NCBI GenBank assembly: GCA_973851085.1
Contig: OZ316776.1
Span: 1,302,001 to 1,366,000, forward strand
Source: Ptychomitrium polyphyllum
Taxonomy: Eukaryota
DNA length: 64,000 nt
Direction of reading: 5' to 3'
The notes under the pieces: generated by a model
What the model was told of the DNA's origin: nothing
Database searches by the model: none
What the model saw: the letters and a program-made list of their open reading frames with translations, nothing else
Program-made: the position numbers and the translations under genes
Shown here: positions 54,548-64,000 of the stretch, one piece after another
Numbering within the stretch: position 1 is the stretch's first letter
Layout of the letters: every line of letters starts with the position of its first letter

Positions 54548-57500
54548 TATCACGGATATACATATGAAAAGCATTTGGAAAGTTTCTTACAAGGTTAAAG
54601 ATGCTTCCAACAATGTTACCACAACTTAAGATGTTTCTATAGAAGTTACCTTGACTTAGGAAGCTTCCAAGGAAACAACTCAAGGTTGTATGAATACAAA
54701 GCAATGTAGTAGAAGCTTTCCAAGAAGCTTCCAAGGCTTATAGTTTTGATATATATAGGAGTCGAGACTAAAGACATCTTTAATTTCGATAATCCATCAC
54801 TTGTAGTCTAGCTCAGACCTTATGGCCTTGTTTTTGCACCTTGTTATAGCTCTTTACCTCAAATATACCTTAATTATATTTTGTTCCACATCCTAGAATC
54901 TTGAAGCCTTGTCTTGTACTTACTCTCTCTATAACAGTTTGTCAAGATTATTATACAACAATATTAGAGCTTGATCTTTCATGATAGAGAGTGGATTACC
55001 CATCTTCCTGAAAGTACTACAACATTCTAGAGGTTGTGGTTTACCCTCCTCTGGATTGATATTGTTTCTTAAATTTTCTTTAGTTTCTTGCATATTTAGT
55101 AGTTTTTATCAGTTTCCATTTCATTTCTATGTCAAAAAGTGAAGAAGTCAATATGACTAATTTAAAAGAAGCCAAGTTAGAGCCCATTATTAATGGCCTT
55201 GAAGCATTAAAGATCACAACCGAGACTTTATCCAAGTAAAACGAAGAACTATACTTGACCATACATAATGGTCAAGGAGTAGAAGCACTACAGTTACTAT
55301 TCCAAGTTACCTTTGGTGCTTCATTGTCTAGACCTGATTTAGTAAAAGACGGACAAGTGCAAGCTGGGATTTCAATGTTAATTGCCAAAGAACCAAGAAT
55401 CAGCCTTCTGAAGAAATTTGAAAGTACATGTTCAAAATTTCAAGACTTTGTAAATCAAATTCAACTTATTACCTTGCTTCAACCGCAATAGTATTGTATG
55501 GACGCTTTGCGCATTGGTTTGGTAAAAACGTTGCTCTTAAGACAACCATTGTCCTAGTTTGAACCACTTTTTGAGAAGAATTCTTCCATATTTAGCAAAT
55601 TTGATGCATTCCTAGCCGCGTTTGCAGAAGCATTTGGTGACCATGACAAGCTTTCTTCAGCGACTACTAAGATTTGTACCTTGCGTCAAGGGCCACATTT
55701 TATATCAATTTATGCATCAAAATTTTGACAACTTGCATACAACATCAATTGAAGAAAAGAAGCACTAATGAATTAATTTCAATGGCGCATACGCAATGAG
55801 GTCAAGGATTTATTATCATCCATGCTAGACCTCCAAACACTTAATGAGGCCATCAATAAAGCTTTGAAGTGCAATAATCGTCTATTTCAACGTTGATAAG
55901 ATAAAACAGACTTTGATTATGCCTTGACAATATATATAAACATTTCAGTAACTTTGGCCCCATCTACTTCTAGTAAGTATTTGAGAGCAGAGACCATGCA
56001 GATTGATGCAATTTACTTCAAGCCCCCTACTAAATATAAAAAGAAGCGACAAATGGAGCAAGGGTTGTATTTGTACTGAAGAAAATCTTATTACAAAGTT
56101 AATAACTGCCCAAAGAATTTCTACGTACATATCGGATGAGAAGTCAAACCACAATACTAAATATTTTGCAAAAAAGCAAGGATATTTAGACACAGTAGGG
56201 ACCGTGTACTTAGATTTGCTTTTTTTGCAAGAAAAAAAAGATTATATTCTATCAGCTCATCTTTCCTCTTGTTTTACTATACCTATTTGTTTAGGTGTTC
56301 AAAAGTTCAAAAATCTTGCTCTAACAGATTCAAGAGCCTTTACTTGCTTTATTGGTAAAGAATTTTTGAAAACACGTAAGTTTCTTATTATCAAAAAAAT
56401 CCAATCCCGTCCATATAGAGGTTATAGTTGATTGACCATTATCTTTCGGAGATGTTATTCATGAGACCAATCCATTAATAGTAACATTGAATAACTATAG
56501 AAGCCAAGTGATATTTAATATCATTAGGTCTTTGTCAAGTTCCATCATTCTAGAGCTTTCTTGGCTTGAAAAGTATAATCCGCAGATAAATTGGGCATCA
56601 CGCAAAAGAAAATTTCCATCATTAGAATTTGTAGCCAGTAAACCTACAAAGGAAAGTGAAGCATTTTATAAATCTAAGACCATAAAGCCTCTCTTTATTA
56701 GAGCTAGAGCATTTATGAGAGCAAAAAAGATTGGTGCTTCTTTTGCTGTGTATGCAACGTCAATGTCCAAAATTGTGGCTCTAGCCTCAAGCATTCCATA
56801 AAGTATAAGTGAATCAACAATGTATTCAAAAAGAAGAATGCAGACATCCTACCAGAACAACGTCCCTACAATTATGCCATAGACCTCCAAGGCAACGCCC
56901 AGCCACCATTTGAATGTATCTATAATTTATTCCAAAAAGAGCTTTCACTATTGATGGAGTATATTTATGAAAACTTAGCCAAGAACTTCATACAACATTC
57001 AAAGTCTCTTGGTGGTGCTCCAATAATTTTTATAAAGAAAAAAGATGGATCTTTACAAATTTATGTCGAGTACCGCAGCCTCAATAAAATGACGGTGAAG
57101 AACCAATATCCATTGCCACACATATTTGGACTTCTTGATCAACTTGGTCAAGCAAAAATCTATACCAAAATAGATCTGCAAAGAGCTTACAATTTGGTGC
57201 GCATTAAAGAAGGAAACAAATAGAAGACGACTTTTCAAATAAAGTATGTATATTTTGAATACAATAACATGCCTTTTGAACTTACCAACACATCCACCAT
57301 TTTTGAGCACTTGATAAATGACATATTTCAAAAGTACTTTGATAATTTTGTTGTATGTTATTTGAATGATATCTTGATCTATCCAAAGAATCCGATGAAA
57401 CATGAACGAAATGTCCGCATAGTCTTATAAAAGCTACAAAATGCTAGTTTGTATGCCAAGCTGCAAAAATGTGTATTCCATGAAGCTCAAGTGGAATTCC

Positions 57501-60500
57501 TTGAATATATCATCTCCAATAGAGGACTATTAAGGGATCCAAAGAAAGTCAAAGAAATCAGCAATTAGACAAGGCCAAAATCAGACCGTAATATCCAATG
57601 TTTTCCTAGATTTACAAACTTCTATAGGATCTTCATCAAGGACTGTTTTCAAATAGCTTAACAACTCATGTGGCTAACATGCAAGGAAAAGCTTGAATGG
57701 AGATCCAATGTTGAAAATGCATTCCAAAATTTGAAGAGAGTCTTACTACAGCTCTTATTCTAGTCCATTTGGAATTTTTTAAGTAATTTTATAATGAGAC
57801 TAATGCTTTCAACTTTGCATTAGAAGCAATTTTGTCACAAACAAGAGGAAAAAGGAGACTTCATCTGGTTGTATTCCATTCCAAAAAAAATTCAGCTACA
57901 AAAATCAACTATGAGATCCACGACAAGGAACTCCTTGCAATTGTGGATTCCTTCCAAAAATGGAGTCACTTGCTTGAGGGTGCTACGCATCCAATTATTG
58001 TATATACAAACTACATTAATTTGGAATATTTCATGTTAGCTCGTGTTTTCAATTGTTGCCAAACTTGTTGGAATATGTCTCTATCTTGATTTGATTTTTG
58101 TATTACATATCAACTTGAAAAACAACAAGGGTTGTTAGATTATTTGTCAAAGCGATCATATCTTGCGCCAAAAGAAGGAAAGGCAGTACATGATTAACAA
58201 CAAACAATTTTGTTGAAATCAAAATGATTTAGTGTACGCACAACCACCATTTCAACTCTGGTAGATTCATCGTTCCTTGACCAGGTTCATGTTGCATCTA
58301 CTAAAGATCCTCTAATTCTTGATATTAAGCGTCATTCCAACAACCTTCTTGAAGATGTGTCTAAGTTCAAATTAAAAGACAACCTTTTCTATTTTGAAGA
58401 ACATCTATATATTCTTGAAGGACTAATTTGCCTTTGTGTACTTTAAACACGTCATGACTTTTCTATGGCTGGACATTTTGGATTCAATAAAACCTTGAAC
58501 CTCTTCTCTCTCAACCTTTAGTGGCTTCAAATATAGAAGGCCGTTAAGAAATTTGTATTCTTGTGTAATATCTACTTTAGGTCAAAAAACCTTCAACACC
58601 GTCTATATAGACTTCTCCAACCACTGACTATTCCAAGGCAACCATGGTCTTTTATTTCAATGGATTTCATTACAGATCTTCCACCATAAAAGTCTTTTAA
58701 TACCATCTTTATTGTGGTAGACCGGTTGATCAAGATGGTACATTTTGTACCTTGCAAGAAGACAATTATGGATGAAAAACTGCCACACTCTTTATGGATA
58801 ATATATACTGTCACTATAGATTATCTGATGATACTATATCAAATTTTGAACTACAATTTGTATCAAGATTTTGGAAGTCACTCTTTGAAATCTTTAAGGT
58901 GAACATAGAAATTTCTTCCGCCTTCTATTTTCAGACCAATGGCCAAATAGAGCAAGTCAACTAGATCTTAGAATAATAATTAAGGTATACCATCAACAAC
59001 CAACAAGTTGATTGGACTTCCTATTTGACATTGGCCAAGTATGCCTACAACAATACGGCTCACGCTTCCATCCAACAAAATTCATTGTACTCCAATTATG
59101 AACATCATTGAAAGATGGATATATTACAGCCTCCGCAATCTAAGAATCCAGAAATAGAAGAATTTGCCACAATGATGGCAGAGCTTCAAACTGTTAGGGA
59201 CACAAGAAACAAGAAGCAGAAACGAAGTGTTTCCCACAAATCAGCTTCCAAAGAACTAATGATTAACAAGAACTTTGATACAAAGACTAGAACAAGGCAG
59301 GATTCAAGATGATCCACAACTTGTGTTGGCAAGATTAAGGAATACCTTGTCTTGCCTCTTATTTATATTAGGACATTTGTATCTCCTAAGATACTTCTAA
59401 AGAAGCTTCCTATAAGGCTTAAGAATGTTCTGGAAGTCTAAGGAACCTTCCTAAGAAGTTTCCTAAGATGTTGGAACCTTCCTAAGAAGCTTCCAAGAAA
59501 TTGGAACCTTCTTTGGAAGCTTCCAAAGAATTGGAACCTTCCTTGGAAGTTTCCTAAGGTAGCGGAACCTTCTTAGGAAGTTTCCTAAAGAGGTAGAACC
59601 TTCCTAGGAAGTTTCCTAAGGTGATGGAACCTTCCTAGGAAGTTTCCTATGGTGATGGAACTTTCATAGGAAATAACCTAAGATGATAGAACTTTTCTAG
59701 GAAGTTTCCTATGGTGATGGAACTTTCCTAGGAAATAACCTAAGATGATAGAACTTTTCTAGGAAGTTTCCTAAAGTGGAGGAACTTTCCTAGGAAGCTT
59801 CCTAAAAACATAAAAAGGCTATGGAGACATCTAAAAGTATTCTAAGAAGCTATTATAGTATACTAGAAGATTCTAGAATGTTCTAAAGACTATGTTGCAT
59901 GATTTATGTCCGTGACACAAACAACCATGAAGATTCAACTAGAAGAAACTCAAGAACAATACAAAATTACAACAGATGCAACAAGATAGGAACAACCACC
60001 ATTCCAAGTTGGTGAAAAGATGTGGCTCCTCCGACGCAATATAAATACCAATAAGCTAAGTGACAATCTGGATTATTGCAGATTCGAATTATTTGCAATT
60101 GAAAAACAAGACAACCACATACCATATCGTTTGGAACTACCAACATCAATAAAAGTACATCACATCTTCCACATTTCACTTTTGGAAGCTTATAAAGAAT
60201 CAATTATTTTTGGACAAAGGCAGTTCCCACCACTTGTGGTCGAAATCAACAATCATTATGAATTTGAAATAAAAAAAGTGTTTGATTTACAAATAAGACG
60301 TGGAAAGCTGGAATACTTGGTACAAATATGACATTAGTAAACATACATAGAAGCTAGCTAACAACCTTATCAATTCACAAGTAAAAGTTTGTGAATTCCA
60401 TTGGCAACATCCATCCAAATTAAAAGTAGCAATATAAAAAACAATGGCTTGGTAAGGTTGAGTAATCTTGAAGGTTCTTGATGCTTGAACTTTTAAGTAA

Positions 60501-61449
60501 GAAAGAAAGCAATTTCTTAAATCATAAGCTTCCAAAGCCCCTAACATGATTTAAAAATTAGTCATTTGTATTTTGAAATTTATCATAGTTCTTTGAAACT
60601 AGCTCAATATATTAAATATGAACAGTCAAGATGCAAATATCATGCTAGTGGTATTAATTCAACTAAGTGGTTCTTATTAACGACCTTGTAATAAAGAAAA
60701 AATTGAATTAAGAAGACGTCGAAGGAGACCTAGCAATAGATTGTTGGTGATTGTCTTTGAAGTGGAGCCAACTTACAAAGCCTATCCAAAAGCAGTATTT
60801 GAAGGACGTTCTTATAATGAAGATACGGAAGTTCATGCTTAGTCCCAAGTAGTAGGCATTGGACACTATTGGTGGCTACAAGGATCCATGAACCATTTGA
60901 ATTGTGAAAGGCAATTGGAGTATGTTGCAAATATTATGCGACAAAAATATGACTTCTTACAACTCTGAGCACTTATTGCAACATGCTCCTTGGAGACCTT
61001 GGAGCTAGAAAGGGAGATGATGTCACGGACATATATATTAGAAGCATCTAAAAAAATTCTTAAGAGATTTAGGAAGCTTCCAAGGAAGTTACTTTGACTT
61101 AAGAAGCTTTTAAGGACGTTATTTTGGCTTATAATGTTTCTACAGAAGTTACCTTGGCTTTGGAAGCTTCCAAGGAAATAATTCAAGGTTGTATGAATAC
61201 AAAGCAATATAGTAGAAGCTTTCCAAGAAGCTTCCCAAGAAGCTTCCGAGGCTTGTAGTTTTAATATATATGAATTGAGGTTGAAGGAATCTTTAGTCTC
61301 AACAATGCATCTCTTGTGGTTTAGCTCAGACATTTTGGCCTTATCTTTGTACCTTTTTATAACTCTTTACCTCTAATATACCTTGGTTATATCTTATTCT
61401 ACATCTTAGAACCCTGAAGCGTTGTCTTGTAGTTATCATGTCCGTAATA
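54548..61449 (+). mobile_element. Element B: full-length but decayed Ty3/gypsy chromovirus (Tcn1-like). 5' LTR 54548-54936; gag-PR-RT-RH-INT-chromodomain about 55130-60350; PPT ~61001-61020; 3' LTR 61021-61449
   Basis: Paired LTRs (tatcacggat.../tgtcacggac...) with a degenerate TSD TATAG/TATGG. RT motifs GAPIIFIKKKDGSL, KIDLQRAYNLVRI and YLNDILI; RNase H NYEIHDKELLAIV; integrase SMDFITDLP and VVDRLIKMVHFVPC; chromodomain EFEIKKV..RGKLEYLV. Many stops and frameshifts. Confidence 0.93.
59192..59917 (-). mobile_element. Element C: solo LTR (726 bp) inserted in the integrase of element B; contains internal ~30-bp tandem repeats (ggaaccttcctaggaagtttcctaagg...)
   Basis: TG...CA termini (tgttagggac ... 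gtccgtgaca) with a perfect 5-bp TSD CAAAC at 59187-59191 and 59918-59922. Removing it rejoins the integrase frame (AELQT|TMKIQLEE). Confidence 0.93.
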
Positions 61450-63817
61450 TATGGAAGCATTGAAAGTATTATAAGAAACTATTACAATGTATTAAAAGCT
61501 TCAAGAAGATTCTAAAGACTGTATTGCATAATCCATGTCCATGACATCACCTCCTCTTTTAGCAATAAATCCTATAAAGACTTCTTATTGTGACTTGCTT
61601 ATTACATCTCCATGAATTCCAAAATTTGTTGAAGAAGATAAGCTATATATTTTGCTTGTTGTTTTATGCCCACTAATTCAACCGGTCCTAGCAAGAAATG
61701 TCTGTGACTACCAATCAAGACAACTGTTGTTGAAATGTCCTAGTCTAAGATTTGATATCAATTAAATCCTTCAAAACATCCTCCAAATAAGACTTTTTCT
61801 CTTTGAAGAGCAGCTCTTTCAATTTTATACAAATTAATTAGAGCTCGATCATCTGAATCAATATTGGATTGTGAAAGTAAATTGGCCAATATTTCTACAC
61901 GTGGTTGCACTTGACATTGAAGTGTTTTTATCATATCTTACCTTAAATCTTCTAGTGCTAAAGCTTAAGAAAGTTTAATTGATTCAATAGGTATTGCCAT
62001 TGAAGAAGTGTTTTTGACCTACCAGGTGTTATATCTAGTACTCTAGGATTTTCTTTACCAATCTTCTTCTTTTGCTACTATTGAACATCTTTTGCCCGTA
62101 ATTATCAATTATCTTCCAAAAATAATTATTAGATGATAGTAGTAATCTGTTAGTTTAGACAATAGATGTAGATCCATCATTATAAGATCTAAGAAAATTG
62201 TATTTAAGCCATCAACCAAGAAAGTTAAGGGTGTATTGTATCTTATTGTTTCCATTAATCAAGTTGTACATTCCAAATATGGATTATGCATCGATTATGT
62301 TTTAGTGTATTATAGCTCTTATATTTGATCTTTCATTATAGCAAATTCTAAGGTGTTTCATAGTTTGGTTTGTAAAACTACCATGTTTCTTTATTTTAAT
62401 AGTATCAATTACAAACTTATCTAAATTACCCTTTTTTTGATAGTTATTATCAATTATGGAAGTACCAAGTCTTTTACTACTCAGTAATTATTGACCATAA
62501 TAAGAAAGCACGACCAACTATTCTTCACAAATATCCAAAATAATACAAAGATTTAATATACTAGCTAGGATCTAGCGATGATCCATCTTAAACATATTAT
62601 TATGTACAATTGAAGGTTGGATATTGCGCTTTTTTTTAATGCTTGTCTATAAAAAAATCTTCTCTGTAAACCTAACAACTATTGATTTTTACAATACGTC
62701 CTCAATGACTTGGTTTTTGAAGATATCATTAATAGAATTTGCATACCTTGCCAAATGCATTTATTACGTTCATTGAAGGTTCCCATGTTTGGTCATTAAT
62801 GCCATGTCTTTACTAATATATAAGGTACTCTATACGTCCATTTTTAATTTATGAATTAAAAATCTCCTGAACTTCATATTCCATTTCATTATTGATTTCT
62901 ACCAAAGGAGGTGGAGGAACGGCCCTTCCTAGTATACATGACTTATTGTAGGGTTCCAACAAAAACACATAGAACACTCAATGAATTTACATGGTTGGTA
63001 ATAGTTTGAAGCAATAACTAACTAAATTTGTTTATTTAATGATTTCAAACGGCCCAAGCCTTTGAAAGTCTAGCTTCTTTGACAATCTTTTTGTTTATAT
63101 GTTTTGTTATAAGAACCATACGCTATTTCCAACTTTGAACTTTAAATGGTCCTTCCAATGATGATTCGCATAATTTTTATATTGATTTTGAGCTTGTTGT
63201 AATTAGAAAGCAAGTTTCTGGTAGATTTTAATAAATTGAGTTGCAAAATCTACCTATGCAGGACTTTCAACATGCTTCATTTAAATAGTCAACATGCTTC
63301 ATTTATCATGGACTATCACATTTGCGGCCACCAATAGTCTCTAGCAATCAATTCCATTGTCTTATTGAATCCAAAGTACGTTGTTGCTAAAAATTCATAG
63401 TGTGCTTGAAAAATCTTCAATCACTAGAATCTTGTAAATAAATATAATTTTTTTTATGATAATGTAAGCCTATTTGGAATTTAAAATTTTCATTATTATT
63501 TAAAGGATCTCAATTGTCTTTGAAGTGCCTCTTCATATTTGAAACAAATACATCATTATTTAAAACCCTCCAAATTTTGTATAGATGGGATGTTGTGGTG
63601 ATGGTCACTACTTTCAATTAAAGATTCTATGGCTTCATCAAAATAGTATTTTGTTGATTCAAAACTTCATCTCCAAATTTAAGAGCCAAATAAGATTTTT
63701 AAATAAGGCATCTGGTTTATTTTGTAAACTATTATAATAATAGATAATGACAAAGTCAAATTTGGAAAGTGACATATTCTACTTTACTTGCCGGCAATTT
63801 AGAACAAGCTCACTTAC

Positions 63818-64000
63818 TGTCACAGACATACATATTAGAAGCATCTAAAAATGTTCTTAGAAGATTTAAAAAGCTTCCAAGGAAGTTACCTTGGGCTTAG
63901 GGAACTTCTAAAGAAGTTGCTTCGGTTAAAGAAACTTCCAAGGAAGCAACTCAAGGTTGCTTGAGTTTGAAGCAATGTAGGTGAAGCTTCCAAGGCTTGT
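63818..64000 (+). mobile_element. Element D: start of another LTR (same family as element B) inserted in the pol region of element A; truncated by the window end
   Basis: tgtcacagacatacatattagaagcatctaaaaa closely matches the start of the B 3' LTR at 61021. Confidence 0.85.

Larger units (their letters stand above)
54232..63817 (-). mobile_element. Element A: degenerate Ty3/gypsy chromovirus. Its 3' LTR is split (54232-54547 and 61455-61546); PPT at ~61547-61561; integrase/chromodomain remnant at ~62780-63817; probably continues beyond element D and the window end
   Basis: The LTR halves align end to end with the intact solo LTR at 59192-59917. The minus strand has a PPT (aaaagaggaggtga) abutting TGTCATGGAC, and reads VFYVFLLEPY..VPPPPLVEINNEMEYEVQEI (integrase C-terminus leading into the chromodomain). 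Confidence 0.8.

Overview
Eukaryotic, intron-rich plant genomic DNA, most consistent with a moss (Physcomitrium/Funariaceae-like). This is inferred from the GT-AG multi-exon genes, a flagellar RIB43A gene and TGTCACGGAC-type Ty3/gypsy chromovirus LTRs. From left to right: the 3' part of a GH47 alpha-1,2-mannosidase (MNS3-like); a type I protein arginine methyltransferase (PRMT1-like, with an 11-nt micro-exon); a PRONE-domain RopGEF on the minus strand; about 15 kb of AT-rich intergenic DNA with gene relics; a multiply disabled caffeoyl-shikimate-esterase/monoacylglycerol-lipase-like pseudogene; and an intact CYP71-clan P450 with atypical active-site motifs. Next come a compact RIB43A-like axonemal gene, a small unknown gene and a probably disabled PKD2-like channel gene, which may form a sperm/flagellum neighbourhood. 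The window ends with minisatellites, including a 10x TGACG array, and a four-layer nest of chromovirus retrotransposons whose insertion order can be read from target-site duplications. I found no convincing prokaryote-type system (CRISPR etc.). All calls come from reading the sequence by eye, with no database searches.
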